DNA of 64,000 nucleotides from an uncultured Chloroflexia bacterium (GCA_963777165.1 CAVZPO010000027.1:22209-86208); one strand, 5' to 3'. Counted from the first letter of the stretch, positions 30,503 through 40,676 are shown. Notes: generated by a model from the letters alone, not told the origin. Translations and numbers: made by a program.

Positions 30503-30578
30503 AAGGCCTCCCCCAAGTGGCGGAGGAAAACACTCCCCGGCCGATGGATGTGGCCGGGGAGCCGCTACGGTAGGATGA
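30503..30578 (+). repeat. Intergenic box-plus-hairpin repeat, copy E (intact)
   Basis: CTCCCCCAAGTGGCGGAG (30508-30525), then hairpin CTCCCCGGCC-GATGGATGT-GGCCGGGGAG (30533-30561), then TAGGAT (30571-30576). Confidence 0.85.
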
Positions 30579-30690
30579 ATTCGTGCCCTGGATGGGCATA
30601 TCGGCTTGTCCGATCCGCGTCTTGGGTGCGGTGGGCGGCACGAAGGCCGCCATCACCGCCTCAAGCCAATCGATCAAGAGGAGGCATCTC

Positions 30691-30849
30691 ATGTTGTGGA
30701 CGATCATTGTGATTCTCGCCATCCTGTGGCTTCTCGGCTTTCTTGGCCCGAACTACATCCCCAGCATCCCTAGAATGGGCAACGCAGTCCACGTCCTGAT
30801 CGTGATCGTGGTCATCCTGGTTATCTTGAATCTCCTGCACGTTATCTAG
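30691..30849 (+). CDS. Small membrane protein (lmo0937-like family)
   Basis: ORF 30583..30849. Met at 30691 follows AGAGGAGG. Sequence: MLWTIIVILAILWLLGFLGPNYIPSIPRMGNAVHVLIVIVVILVILNLL. Confidence 0.7.
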   Translation: MLWTIIVILAILWLLGFLGPNYIPSIPRMGNAVHVLIVIVVILVILNLLHVI

Positions 30850-31171
30850 CCGGGAACACGTCAGCAGTCCGCCACGGGGCAATCTTCTGCGCCTGACCGT
30901 AGCTGCGGCTTCAACGCAGGATGCGATCGACTGGCCGACAACGGCCCGCTTCCAAGTCGAAGCGCATGTTGAGAACCCGGACCTGGCCTTGGGAGTTCCG
31001 CGCGAGCAACGCGTCGGGTAGGTGATACGTTGCGTTCCATCGGCAAGGTATCCACCCCCGTTGCTCCGCCAACGGGGGTCTTGCTTTCCCTTTGCGAGAT
31101 CCTCATGATGAGAGAGGGGATACGGCATCCTCCACCCGCTCAACCGGGTAGCTGCTGCCGACCGAATCGCC

Positions 31172-32665
31172 ATGGATTCTAACAGCCACAACCACCGCGC
31201 GATCCTGGAACGCATCGCCCATCGAGCCATGCTTGAGCGAGGGCTGCTCCCGGATTTCTCTGCCGCGGCGCTTGCCGAGCTGGGACAACTCCAGCCGTCG
31301 ACGGCGGGGAAGTCCCGGCCGGCCGATGTTTCGCCTGGGATCCGCGACCTGCGCAGCCTGCTGTGGGCTTCGATTGACAACGACGACTCGCGTGACCTCG
31401 ATCAGCTGACCTTTGCCGAGGCATTGCCCGGCGGCCAGGCGCGGCTTCTCGTCGCCGTGGCGGACGTAGCCTCGCTGGTGCCCGATGGCTCAGCCATCGA
31501 CGCCCACGCCCGCCACAATACCACCTCGGTCTACACCGCCGGCGGGATCTTTCCCATGCTCCCGGAGAGGCTCTCTACCGACCTCACCTCGCTCAATCCT
31601 GGCGAGGACCGTCTCGCACTTGTTGTGGAGATGGTGATCGATTCCGGTGGAGCGCTTCACGACTCCACCATCTACCGGGCGCGGGTCAGGAACCATGCCC
31701 AGCTCGCCTACAACAGCGTGGCGGCCTGGTTGGAGGGAAGCGGCGGCCCGCCGGAGGTTCTTGCGGGTCTGAAAGGATTGGACGAGGTCCTGCGCCTGCA
31801 GGATCGGACCGCCCAGAGCATGAAGCGTCTCCGGCATGTCCATGGGGCGCTCAGTCTGGACACCCTTGAAGCCAAGCCCGTGTTCGACGGTGATCAGCTC
31901 CGGGCGCTGGACGTCGATGAGAAGAATCGGGCCAGAGAGATCATCGAGGATTTCATGATCGCAGCCAACGGCGTGACCGCCCGGTATCTCTCGGCCAAGG
32001 GATTCTCCTCGATTCGGCGTGTCGTACGCACGCCCAAACGCTGGGACCGGATCGTCGCCCTGGCCTTCGAACGCAAAGCCTCCCTCCCGGACCGCCCGGA
32101 TTCGAAGGCGCTGGAGGAGTTCCTGATCAAGGAGAAGGCCGCCGACCCTCTGCGATTCCCGGACCTGTCCCTGGCCGTGATCAAGCTTCTGGGTTCAGGC
32201 GAATACGTGGCCGAGCTGCCTGGAGGGAATGCCCCGGGACACTTCGGCCTTGCCGTCAAGGATTACACCCACTCGACGGCCCCCAATCGCCGCTACCCCG
32301 ATCTGCTTACCCAGCGCCTGGTGAGGGCGGCGCTGGCCGGTCAGCCTGCCCCCTATCGGAAGGACGAGTTGGACGGCCTGGCCGCACACTGCACGGAAGC
32401 CGAAGATGAGGTCACCAAGGTCGAACGTCAGGTTGGCAAGTCGGCGGCCGCGCTTCTGCTCCAGTCGAGGATTGGCGAGCGCTTTGATTCGATCGTCTCC
32501 GGCGCCTCCGAGAAGGGCACGTGGGTCCGCCTGCTCACGGTTCCGGTGGAGGGCAAGCTGACTCAGGGGTTTGAAGGGGCCGACGTCGGCGACCGGCTTC
32601 AAGTGCAGCTAATCTCTGTGGACGTTCAGCGAGGGTTCATAGATCTCAAGAAGGTCCATCCATGA
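31172..32665 (+). CDS. RNB-domain exoribonuclease (RNase II/R family)
   Basis: ORF 31172..32665, intact, 497 aa: ...IDNDDSRDLDQL...ARHNTTSVYTAGGIFPMLPERLSTDLTSLNPG...HFGLAVKDYTHSTAPNRRYPDL. C-terminal S1-like domain. Confidence 0.85.
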   Translation: MDSNSHNHRAILERIAHRAMLERGLLPDFSAAALAELGQLQPSTAGKSRPADVSPGIRDLRSLLWASIDNDDSRDLDQLTFAEALPGGQARLLVAVADVASLVPDGSAIDAHARHNTTSVYTAGGIFPMLPERLSTDLTSLNPGEDRLALVVEMVIDSGGALHDSTIYRARVRNHAQLAYNSVAAWLEGSGGPPEVLAGLKGLDEVLRLQDRTAQSMKRLRHVHGALSLDTLEAKPVFDGDQLRALDVDEKNRAREIIEDFMIAANGVTARYLSAKGFSSIRRVVRTPKRWDRIVALAFERKASLPDRPDSKALEEFLIKEKAADPLRFPDLSLAVIKLLGSGEYVAELPGGNAPGHFGLAVKDYTHSTAPNRRYPDLLTQRLVRAALAGQPAPYRKDELDGLAAHCTEAEDEVTKVERQVGKSAAALLLQSRIGERFDSIVSGASEKGTWVRLLTVPVEGKLTQGFEGADVGDRLQVQLISVDVQRGFIDLKKVHP

Positions 32666-32723
32666 GATCGCTAGGGCTGGGATACCGGCTCCCGCTCCTC
32701 GAATTGGGCCAAGGAGAACTTCC

Positions 32724-33110
32724 ATGAAAATGCAAGCGGGTTTGTGGATCGATCATCGCAAGGCCGTGATTGTGATCGTTACGGACGAAGGGGAAACGCT
32801 CAGCGAAATCCCCTCGAACATGGAGAAGCACGTCCGGTTCTCAGGTGGTACGGGGTCTGAGGTCGGTTCAGCGGAAGACATGCGGGACCGACAGTTTGGG
32901 AACCACCTCAACAGCTACTACGACAGGGTCGTCGCCGCTCTGCGTGGCGCGGACTCCATCCAGATCTTCGGTCCAGGCGAGGCCAAAGGTGAGCTCAGCA
33001 AGCGTCTTGAGCACGAAGGACTCAAGGGTCATGTCCTCGCGGTTGAAACCGTGGACAAAATGACCGACCGCCAGATCGCAGCCAAGGTCCGAGAGCATCT
33101 ACGGACTTAG
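32724..33110 (+). CDS. Conserved hypothetical protein (128 aa)
   Basis: ORF 32724..33110 with an AAGGAGA RBS. Coding-like composition. I cannot assign a family with confidence. Confidence 0.55.
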   Translation: MKMQAGLWIDHRKAVIVIVTDEGETLSEIPSNMEKHVRFSGGTGSEVGSAEDMRDRQFGNHLNSYYDRVVAALRGADSIQIFGPGEAKGELSKRLEHEGLKGHVLAVETVDKMTDRQIAAKVREHLRT

Positions 33111-33178
33111 CGTGAGCCAGACAGGTCAAGACCAGGCCATCCGACAGAAGCAGATCGATATGGACTCGCGAGGTTGGC

Positions 33179-33667
33179 ATGAGTGACGGACAACGGATCA
33201 CAGCTGAGGAGGCTCGTGCGATTGGCGTGCGGCTCGGGGTCGATTGGGCAAACATCGTCCTGGAGCAGTTTCGGCGCGGGCTCGAGGTAGAACTCGAACA
33301 CGGCGCCCGCGATCCGGACACCAACGTCACGAACGACGATCTGACCCTCACGGGCAAGATCGCCTGGGCGCACCTCAAGGAGATCCGGGACTACTACACG
33401 CGCCTGGATCGTCTCGAGGCCGAGGCCCGGGCCGAGACGATCGGCATCTGGCCGCTGCATGACGGGAGGCCCGATCTTGAGGCCGCGGCCGTGTCCAGCG
33501 GGGCTGATCCAGGCAGCCTTGCCCTTGTCTTCTCCGGGGCGCATGGGGGGCTCTTTCCCAGGCTGCACTACGGTTCGGGGGATCAGGACGAGGAGACCCG
33601 CCGTGGCCGTTCGCTCACGCGAGACCTCTCAAGCGGAGATCTGTTTTCCCTGATGAATGAGGGCTAG
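33179..33667 (+). CDS. Hypothetical protein; the N-terminal region resembles the DUF5661-type helical domain
   Basis: ORF 33179..33667: ...EQFRRGLEVELEHGARDPDTNVTNDDLTLTGKIAWAHLKEIRDYYTRLDRLE. Confidence 0.5.
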   Translation: MSDGQRITAEEARAIGVRLGVDWANIVLEQFRRGLEVELEHGARDPDTNVTNDDLTLTGKIAWAHLKEIRDYYTRLDRLEAEARAETIGIWPLHDGRPDLEAAAVSSGADPGSLALVFSGAHGGLFPRLHYGSGDQDEETRRGRSLTRDLSSGDLFSLMNEG

Positions 33668-33825
33668 CCCGCCACCACCGACTGGGCGCGCACATGCAGC
33701 GTGGAAACCCGTTGCCGCAGGTCGGCCAGGTTGGCCTTAGCCGCCGTTCAATCGATACCCTGGCTTGCCCAGTCGCAGCCGGATGGCGGCCCTCCGTGAC
33801 ACGCCTTGAAGCGCCAGCTTCACAC

Positions 33826-34644
33826 CTAGGATCCGCCTGCGCCTGCAGGCGAGCGCAGCTCCGCGAGCGGATCCCCTCCCCTCCAGCCCTTCAGGCCGTG
33901 CAGGAAGAGGCCGAATTGCGACAGGCCGAACCACAATAGAAAGACGGTCAGGCCGATGCACGTCCAGTCCACCCACCCGGGAAGGCCGCTTTCAATCTCC
34001 GCCAGCCTAGCCCGCCATCCGCCGATCCTGGACTCATACATCGAGACGACGCCCAGGAGCTCCTCGACATGCCGCTGGGTCTCTCCCACGTCCCCTCGGA
34101 GAACGTATTCGACATCCGACAGGAAGGTGGATGCCTGATCGGCGACCTGCTCGATGCTGGCGATGTCGCCGTTCAATCGGTCGGCAGCGTCGATCAGGCC
34201 GGCGAGGAGTTCCTCGCCGGGGATCTCCAGGTTGAGGAACGAGGCGGAGTTGATCGTCTCCAGCGTGGTCAGCAGCCCCTGCAAAGCGACCCGCACCTGG
34301 TCGATTTTCTCGCTGGCTGTCCTGAGCCCTGGAATCAGCGTCTCGTCCAGGGTCTCCCCGAAGGCGTGTAGGGTGTCAGACGCCTGCGTCGTCTTCTGCG
34401 TCAAGGCGGCCAGCGCAATCTCGACATCTTCTAAGATGCGGACCGCCCGCTGCAGTTCCAGTTCGGCGCTCTGCAGCGTCGTCTGCGCCTGGCTCAACTC
34501 CAGGTCGACCTCGTCCAGGCGGGCCAGGCCCAGGCGTGTGAGCGGCCCGTTGTAGGCCCAGGCAGCACCGATCCCGACAAGACTCAGCACCATCAGGATG
34601 ACGCTCAGCCCGATCAGCAAACCGTAGAGGATCTTCCGCGCCAC
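33826..34644 (-). CDS. Membrane-anchored coiled-coil protein, unknown function
   Basis: ORF 33826..34704(-). GTG start at 34644 follows AAGGAGG. N-terminal TM (ILYGLLIGLSVILMVLSLVGIGAAWAY), a long helical repeat region, and a C-terminal TM. Confidence 0.6.
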   Translation of the reverse strand: MARKILYGLLIGLSVILMVLSLVGIGAAWAYNGPLTRLGLARLDEVDLELSQAQTTLQSAELELQRAVRILEDVEIALAALTQKTTQASDTLHAFGETLDETLIPGLRTASEKIDQVRVALQGLLTTLETINSASFLNLEIPGEELLAGLIDAADRLNGDIASIEQVADQASTFLSDVEYVLRGDVGETQRHVEELLGVVSMYESRIGGWRARLAEIESGLPGWVDWTCIGLTVFLLWFGLSQFGLFLHGLKGWRGGDPLAELRSPAGAGGS

Positions 34645-35077
34645 GTCTGCCTCCTTGCCGGAGAACCGGGTCTGTGGGTGCTCTTCCGAAAGAGCATCGA
34701 GCAACCCGTCTTACCCCGGCGCCCCACGGTCGCCGGCGGGCACCGTAGATCGGCGGCCCCTCCGGCGAGTCTACCTTCCCGGCTTAGCACCCCTCCGCAT
34801 CCCATCCCTGGCCTCGGGAAGATCACCTCGGCGACGGCACCGCATAAGGTCGGGTCACCAAGACCCGCATTCCGAGGTGGTTCAAACACCCGTACCCTGA
34901 TGGCCTGCCGCTCGGCATGTCCACAGTCGGACGACCGGACGGTGGATTGAGGCTCTGCCCGCCCGAATTGTCAAGATGTGGGGGGCCGCACGCCTTGTCC
35001 AAGCAGGAGTTCACCCGCCATCTCCCGGTATCCTTCTTGCCAGAGGCTATCTCAGCCCCCTGGCCCGGGCTTGGCCC

Positions 35078-35129
35078 TTGACAAGCAAGGCGGAATTGTC
35101 CTATCATCATATTGTAGTAACTTTATGAC
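35078..35129 (+). promoter_or_regulatory. Candidate promoter of the GntR/BMC operon: TTGACA (35078-35083), 18-nt spacer, TATCAT (35102-35107), then a GT/AC-rich candidate GntR operator TTGTAGTAACTTTATGAC (35112-35129)
   Basis: Read directly. It lies about 45 nt upstream of the GntR start. Confidence 0.45.
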
Positions 35130-35153
35130 TTTTCCGAGCTAGGTGAGCGTTGG

Positions 35154-36011
35154 ATGTCTAGTGGGCGTATGCCACCTCCCGACCGGCGTCTGCGGGTTGA
35201 TCGTGCCAGCCCGCTCCCGCTGCACGTCCAGGTAACACAGGCTCTCCGAGACCAGATCGTGCGCGGCGCCTGGAAGCCCGGCGACCGAGTCCCGGGAGAC
35301 CTGGAATTGTGCTCCGAGCTCGGGATCAGCCGGACCACCATCCGTCAAGCCTTGGCGGAGATGGCGCACGAGGGGTGGGTGGTGCGCGAACGGGGTCGCG
35401 GGACTTTCGTTGCGCCCCCGAAGCTGACCGAGACCGCCGTCGAAAGATTGTCGGGCTTCTTCGAAGACATGGTCGCCCTTGGCTACCCGCCAATCAGCCA
35501 GGTGCTGCATCAGGAAGACCGCCCGGCCGACGAGCAGATCGCTGCCCGGCTGAACGTCAGGCCCGGGACGCGCATCGTCGAGATCGAGCGGCTGCGTTTC
35601 GTGGAGGACGAGCCGGTGGTGTTGACTACGACCTACCTGCCCCTGGCGTTGGCGCCGGGACTGGCAACGGCCGACCTCACCCGCCGATCGTTGTACGAGT
35701 ATCTGGAAACCGAGTGCGGCCTGACGCTGGCGCGCGGACAGCGCACCATCGAGGCCGTCGCTGCCGATGTCCGCCAGGCCAGGCTGCTTCGCATCCGCAA
35801 GGGCGCTCCGCTGGTATACCTGCAAAGCGTGAGCTATCTGGCGGACGGGCGGCCGATTGAGTACTACCGGGCGCTCCACCGCGGCGACCGCTCGCGCTTC
35901 GAGGTCGAGCTGGTTCGAGGCCGAGATCGCGGGGCGGCCGGATCGGACGGGGACCGCTTCGGGCGGCTGCCTCCGGGCGGCGGGACCGTCCGGCGCAGGG
36001 ACGTAACGTGA
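35154..36011 (+). CDS. GntR/HutC-family transcriptional regulator (wHTH plus UTRA)
   Basis: ORF 35154..36011: PLHVQVTQALRDQIVRGAWKPGDRVPGDLELCSELGISRTTIRQALAEMAHEGWVVRERGRGTFV. A UTRA-like C-terminal domain follows. Confidence 0.9.
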   Translation: MSSGRMPPPDRRLRVDRASPLPLHVQVTQALRDQIVRGAWKPGDRVPGDLELCSELGISRTTIRQALAEMAHEGWVVRERGRGTFVAPPKLTETAVERLSGFFEDMVALGYPPISQVLHQEDRPADEQIAARLNVRPGTRIVEIERLRFVEDEPVVLTTTYLPLALAPGLATADLTRRSLYEYLETECGLTLARGQRTIEAVAADVRQARLLRIRKGAPLVYLQSVSYLADGRPIEYYRALHRGDRSRFEVELVRGRDRGAAGSDGDRFGRLPPGGGTVRRRDVT

Positions 36012-36042
36012 CGAGTCGGAGTTCGGCGGCCAGGAGGGGTTC

Positions 36043-36783
36043 GTGACGAACAGGGAAGTGATCCGGGCCAAGGTCCGCCAGGCGGTGTATCGCACGCTCG
36101 GCCTGGAGCCGCACCTCGATCCCGCGCCCAGGCGCCGCCTCGTGACCGAGCACGACCTGCGCGGCCTGCCTTTCGGATCGGACTTCCAGGTTCCGGAAGC
36201 CGGCCTGATCACGCCCCTGGCCCGCCAGGTTGCCATGGATCGCCACATCACACTGCACAAGACATCCGCGCCGGCAACGACTACAAAGAAGCAAACGCCG
36301 CGCACACCCAATGTGGCCGCCGGAGGCAAGGCCGTCGCCATCGGCGCCGACCATGGGGGCTTCCAACTCAAGGAGACGCTCAAGGCCTACTTGCACGAGC
36401 TCGGGCATGAGGTCATCGACTGTGGGACGAACAGCACCGAGGCGGTCGACTATCCGGATTTCGCCCTGGCGGTGGCCGAACTGGTGTCGCAGGGGCGGGC
36501 CTGGCGCGGCATCTTGGTCGACGGCGCCGGCATCGGTTCGTGCATGGTTGCCAACAAAGTGCCGGACGTCAGGGCGGCCATGTGCTACGACCAGTCCACT
36601 GCCGTGAACAGCCGCGAGCACAACGACGCTAACGTGCTGACGCTGGGTGCGGGCCTGATCGGCGAGACGCTTGCCCGTCAGATCGTCAAGACCTGGCTCG
36701 AGACGCCGTTCGGCGGCGGCCGGCACGCGCGCCGCGTCGAGAAGATCATGGAGACCGAACGGCGCTTCCTGCGCAGGCCCTAG
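36043..36783 (+). CDS. rpiB: Ribose-5-phosphate isomerase B (RpiB/LacAB family) with an N-terminal extension of about 100 aa
   Basis: ORF 36043..36783. Core: [15 protein letters not shown]...[28 protein letters not shown]...[12 protein letters not shown]. Extension: amphipathic helix [16 protein letters not shown], then [10 protein letters not shown]...[17 protein letters not shown]. Confidence 0.85.
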   Translation: MTNREVIRAKVRQAVYRTLGLEPHLDPAPRRRLVTEHDLRGLPFGSDFQVPEAGLITPLARQVAMDRHITLHKTSAPATTTKKQTPRTPNVAAGGKAVAIGADHGGFQLKETLKAYLHELGHEVIDCGTNSTEAVDYPDFALAVAELVSQGRAWRGILVDGAGIGSCMVANKVPDVRAAMCYDQSTAVNSREHNDANVLTLGAGLIGETLARQIVKTWLETPFGGGRHARRVEKIMETERRFLRRP

Positions 36784-36823
36784 GCAGCGGCGACGAAGGA
36801 CTCTGGAATTCCTAACGGGACGA

Positions 36824-37690
36824 ATGATGAAGCCGATTGACGAGAAGACACTGGATCGCATCATCGAGCAGATCACCAGCCAGGTGCTGCTCAGCCTGCA
36901 GGAGGAGCCGGCTGCGAAGGGCTCGCCTGCCCCCGCCCCTCTCTCGGCGCACGATTTCGTGCAGCACGCTCGTCCGGTGCTGAGCGCCGGCGCCGATCGT
37001 CTGGCCAGCACGCTGGGGATCGCGCCGACCGACAAGAGCCTGGCGCACACCATCGACCACACGCTGCTCAAGCCCGACGCCACGCAGGACCAGATCGCCC
37101 AGTTGTGTTTCGAGGCCCGCAAGTACGGCTTCGCCTCGGTGTGTGTCAACTCCTCCCACGTCAAGCTGTGCGCCGATCTGCTCAAAGGCAGCGGTGTCCC
37201 GGTGTGCACGGTCATCGGGTTCCCGCTGGGCGCCACGCCGACCGATGTCAAGGTCTTCGAGGCCCAACAGGCCATTCGCGACGGCGCCAGCGAACTGGAT
37301 ATGGTGATCAACGTCGGCGCGCTCAAGTCGCGGGAGTACGAGTTGGTGCGAGGCGACATCGCCGCCGTGGCCCGCGCCTGCCACGCCGGGAATGCCATTC
37401 TGAAGGTCATCATCGAGGCCGCCTTCCTGACGGATGAGGAGAAAGTGATCGCCTGCCAGCTGGCCAAGGTGGCCGATGCCGACTTCGTCAAGACCTCGAC
37501 CGGCTTCGGCCCCAGCGGGGCGACGCCGGAAGATGTCGCCCTGATGCGGCGCGTCGTCGGTCCGTCCATGGGGGTGAAGGCAGCCGGCGGCATCCGTACC
37601 TACGCCGATGCTCAGAAGATGATCGCCGCCGGCGCCAGCCGGATCGGCGCCAGTGCCAGCGTCAAGATCATTCAGGGACCTGAGAAGTAG
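36824..37690 (+). CDS. deoC: Deoxyribose-phosphate aldolase (DERA) with an N-terminal extension of about 60 aa
   Basis: ORF 36671..37690, Met at 36824. Core: [11 protein letters not shown]...[10 protein letters not shown]...VIGFPLGAT...[12 protein letters not shown]...[10 protein letters not shown]...FVKTSTGF. Extension: [21 protein letters not shown] plus a Pro/Ala linker. Confidence 0.9.
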   Translation: MMKPIDEKTLDRIIEQITSQVLLSLQEEPAAKGSPAPAPLSAHDFVQHARPVLSAGADRLASTLGIAPTDKSLAHTIDHTLLKPDATQDQIAQLCFEARKYGFASVCVNSSHVKLCADLLKGSGVPVCTVIGFPLGATPTDVKVFEAQQAIRDGASELDMVINVGALKSREYELVRGDIAAVARACHAGNAILKVIIEAAFLTDEEKVIACQLAKVADADFVKTSTGFGPSGATPEDVALMRRVVGPSMGVKAAGGIRTYADAQKMIAAGASRIGASASVKIIQGPEK

Positions 37691-37709
37691 CCGGCAAGGA
37701 GAAGCGCCC

Positions 37710-38348
37710 ATGGCCGTGGATCTAAGGACCTACATCTTTCTCGACAGCCTGCAGCTCCAGCACTCGGGCTTCCTGGGGACCGTTGCCCGGGGGTTCTTGC
37801 CCCTGCCCAACGACACCTCGCTGTGGGTCGAGATCTCGCCCGGGATCGAGATCAACCGCATCACCGACATCGCCCTGAAGTCGACCCGTGTCCGTCCCGG
37901 GATGCAGATCGTCGAGCGGTTGTTCGGGATGCTTGAAGTTCATCATGAGGACCAGGCCGAGGTGCGGGCCGCCGGGGCGGCCATCCTGCGGGCGCTCGAT
38001 CTTCAGGAATCGGATCGCATCAAGCCCAGGGTGGTGTCGAGCCAGATCATTCGCCACATCGACGCCCATCAGGTTCAGCTGATCAACCGCATGCGGCATG
38101 GCCACATGCTGTTGGCCGGCCAGACCCTGTACGTGTTGGAGGTCGAGCCAGCCGGGTACGCCGCCCTGGCCGCCAACGAGGCGGAGAAGGCCGCGGACAT
38201 CAACATCCTTGAGGTGATGGCCTTTGGCAGCTTTGGCCGTGTGTACCTTGGGGGTGAGGAACGCGACATCATGGCCGCCTACGGCGCGGCCGTGGGCGCC
38301 ATTGAAGGGGTGTCCGGGCGCGTGGTCGAAGGTGGCCGGCGCGACTAG
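37710..38348 (+). CDS. BMC shell protein, tandem-domain (BMC-T), divergent
   Basis: ORF 37653..38348. Met at 37710 follows AAGGAGAA. 212 aa with two BMC-like halves (...[22 protein letters not shown]... and ...[42 protein letters not shown]...). Confidence 0.75.
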   Translation: MAVDLRTYIFLDSLQLQHSGFLGTVARGFLPLPNDTSLWVEISPGIEINRITDIALKSTRVRPGMQIVERLFGMLEVHHEDQAEVRAAGAAILRALDLQESDRIKPRVVSSQIIRHIDAHQVQLINRMRHGHMLLAGQTLYVLEVEPAGYAALAANEAEKAADINILEVMAFGSFGRVYLGGEERDIMAAYGAAVGAIEGVSGRVVEGGRRD

Positions 38349-38409
38349 GTCGAGGAAACCGTCGAGCGTAGACGTTCGAACTCATCCAACGAGTCATCAG
38401 GAGGCAACT

Positions 38410-38730
38410 GTGTCTGAAGAATACGGAGCAACCGAAGCGCTGGGAATGATCGAGACCAAGAGCTACGCGGCCATGGTCGAGGCGGCCGACGCGATGGTCA
38501 AGGCGGCCAAGGTCGAGCTCGTCGCCTACGAGAAGACCGGCGGCGGGTTTGTCACGGCCATCGTGCGCGGCGACGTCGCCGCGGTCAAGGCGGCCGTGGA
38601 AGCCGGTGCGCGCGGGGCGGAGAAGGTCGGCGAGGTCGTCGCCATTCACGTCATCCCGCGCCCGCATGTCAATGTGGATCGCACGCTGCCTCTGGGCCGC
38701 GGCCCTGCCGCCGGCAAGGGCGGCAAGTAA
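38410..38730 (+). CDS. BMC shell protein, hexamer type (BMC-H, PduA/EutM-like)
   Basis: ORF 38224..38730. GTG start at 38410 follows AGGAGG. Sequence: [58 protein letters not shown]. Confidence 0.9.
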   Translation: MSEEYGATEALGMIETKSYAAMVEAADAMVKAAKVELVAYEKTGGGFVTAIVRGDVAAVKAAVEAGARGAEKVGEVVAIHVIPRPHVNVDRTLPLGRGPAAGKGGK

Positions 38731-38838
38731 CCGGACCCTGTGGCGGTTGTCCCAGGCGGTCCCCGGCCCGTTCCGGGGGCCGCCCGGGCGGACGCACGCC
38801 GCCTCGCCGAGAGGTATGGGCGTCGAATGGAGTAGCCA

Positions 38839-39138
38839 ATGCTGCTGGGCAGAGTAGTGGGCACGCTCGTCGCCACGCGCAAGGAGCCGTCGCTCGAGGG
38901 GCTGAAGTTCCTCGTGCTGCGTCAGCTGGACATCGACGGCAAGGAGATGTCCGGCTACCGGGTGGCGGCCGACGCGGTGGGGGCGGGCCTGGGTGAAGTG
39001 GTCCTGTACGCCACGGGCAGCTCGGCGCGCATGACCACCGTCACCGACAAGCGTCCGTGCGATGGCGTGATCATGGCCATCGTCGACACGCTTGAGGTGG
39101 ACGGCGTGGTGACCTACGACAAGGCCAGGGTCGGGTGA
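38839..39138 (+). CDS. BMC vertex protein (BMC-P, EutN/CcmL family), copy 1
   Basis: ORF 38839..39138: [31 protein letters not shown]...[10 protein letters not shown]. Confidence 0.9.
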   Translation: MLLGRVVGTLVATRKEPSLEGLKFLVLRQLDIDGKEMSGYRVAADAVGAGLGEVVLYATGSSARMTTVTDKRPCDGVIMAIVDTLEVDGVVTYDKARVG

Positions 39139-40640
39139 TGGGCGACCGGCGCGACCGTGGGGCGCAGGAGCATGCCGTGCTCGATGACGCCCGGATTGAC
39201 GCGATCATCGAAAGGGTCATGGCCGAACTGCGCCAGGCGGAGAGCGGCCCGCATGAGCCGCTGCCGCCCGCCAGTCCAGCCTTGCCGTCCGCGCCGGCTC
39301 CCGATCTGCGCCATGCGGACAACCTGTTCCCGGATGTCGACAGCGCCGTGCAGGCCGCCCGGCGGGCCTTTGAGCAGCTGGGCGGGCTGCCCCTGGCGTT
39401 GCGCGAGCGCATGATCGGGGGAATGCGGCGGACGGCACGCGAGAACGCCCAGGTCCTGGCGCGTCTGGCCTGGGAAGAGACCGGCATGGGGCGGCTCGAG
39501 GACAAGATCGAGAAGAACCTGCTCAACGCCAACAAGGCGCCCGGTACGGAAGTCCTCACCCCGACAGTCTGGACCGGGGACGACGGGATGGCGCTCGTGG
39601 AGTACGCCCCGTACGGCGTCATCGGCTCGATCACCCCGAGCACCAACCCGACCTCGAGCGTGATCTGCAACGCCATCAGCATGGTCGCCGCCGGCAACTC
39701 GGCGGTGTTCAACGCGCACCCGGGGGCCAAAGGCTGCACGAACCTGACGGTGCAGCTGCTCAATCAGGCGATCGTCGAAGCCGGCGGGCCGGCCAACCTG
39801 GTGTGCGCCATTGCCGAGCCGACGATCGAATTGGCGCAGGAGCTCATGCACCACCCGACGGTGAACCTGCTGACGGTGACCGGTGGGGAGGGCGTGGTGC
39901 ACGCCGCCATGCAGAGCGGCAAGCGCGCCATCTGCGCCGGCCCGGGCAACCCGCCGGTCGTGGTGGATGAAACGGCCGATATCGACGAGGCCGGGCGCGG
40001 GATCGTGCGCGGCGCCTCATTCGACAACAACATCGTGTGCATCGTCGAGAAGGAGACCTTTGCCGTGGCGACGGTCGCCGAGGCCCTCAAGCGCTCGATG
40101 CTCGCTCACGGCGCCTACGAGATCGATGCCGGCCAGCTCGAGCGGCTGATGAAGGTCATCTTCACCCAGGTGCCGCCGCCGGGGAAGGTCGGGCCGCTGA
40201 ACAAGTCCTTCATCGGCAAGAGCGCCGCCGTGCTGCTCAAGGAGATCGGCATCACCGTCGGCGACGAGATCCGTCTGATCGTGGCCGAGGTCGCCGCCGA
40301 TCACCCGCTGGTCGTGACCGAGCAGATGATGCCGATCATGCCGCTGGTGCGCGTGCGCCATGCCGACGAAGGCATCGACCTGGCCAAAAAGGTGGAGCAC
40401 GGCTACCGGCACACGGCGGTGATGTACTCCAAGAACCTCGATCATCTCAGCCGCATGGCGCGGGTCATGGACTGCAGCATCTTCGTCAAGAATGCCCCGT
40501 CGCTGGCAGGTCTGGGCGCCGGCGGGGAGGGGTTCTGTTCCTTCACCATCGCCAGCCCCACCGGCGAGGGCATCACCAATCCGATCAGTTTCAGCCGCCT
40601 CCGGCGCTGTACGCTCAAGGATGCGTTCCGAATCGTATGA
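39135..40640 (+). CDS. CoA-acylating aldehyde dehydrogenase (PduP/EutE-like) with an N-terminal encapsulation-peptide-like helix
   Basis: ORF 39135..40640, intact, 501 aa. N-terminus [18 protein letters not shown] plus a Pro-rich linker. Core ...[26 protein letters not shown]...[13 protein letters not shown]. Confidence 0.9.
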   Translation: MMGDRRDRGAQEHAVLDDARIDAIIERVMAELRQAESGPHEPLPPASPALPSAPAPDLRHADNLFPDVDSAVQAARRAFEQLGGLPLALRERMIGGMRRTARENAQVLARLAWEETGMGRLEDKIEKNLLNANKAPGTEVLTPTVWTGDDGMALVEYAPYGVIGSITPSTNPTSSVICNAISMVAAGNSAVFNAHPGAKGCTNLTVQLLNQAIVEAGGPANLVCAIAEPTIELAQELMHHPTVNLLTVTGGEGVVHAAMQSGKRAICAGPGNPPVVVDETADIDEAGRGIVRGASFDNNIVCIVEKETFAVATVAEALKRSMLAHGAYEIDAGQLERLMKVIFTQVPPPGKVGPLNKSFIGKSAAVLLKEIGITVGDEIRLIVAEVAADHPLVVTEQMMPIMPLVRVRHADEGIDLAKKVEHGYRHTAVMYSKNLDHLSRMARVMDCSIFVKNAPSLAGLGAGGEGFCSFTIASPTGEGITNPISFSRLRRCTLKDAFRIV

Positions 40641-40676
40641 GACCGATGCGCCCATTCTGCAGCAAGGCGATGACCG

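Noticed and set aside
19700-30573. A recurrent peptide ...SPKWRR..LPGRWM... at the ends of several plus-strand ORFs (19418..19786, 23713..24306, 29329..29529) and one minus-strand ORF (20866..21738).
   Set aside because: It is simply the intergenic repeat read in one frame. The host ORFs are otherwise non-protein-like and overlap real genes or spacers.
35139-37593. Very long minus-strand ORFs antisense to real genes. Examples are 35677..37593 (638 aa) and 35139..36383 (414 aa). Similar ones occur elsewhere: 56908..58896 (662 aa), 51669..53105 (478 aa), 54502..55821 (439 aa), 40017..41261 (414 aa) and 22500..23588 (362 aa).
   Set aside because: Their translations are Arg/Pro/Gly/Ala-rich and low in complexity, with no recognisable motifs. 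Each lies exactly opposite a gene with strong family signatures. These are typical shadow ORFs of high-GC DNA.
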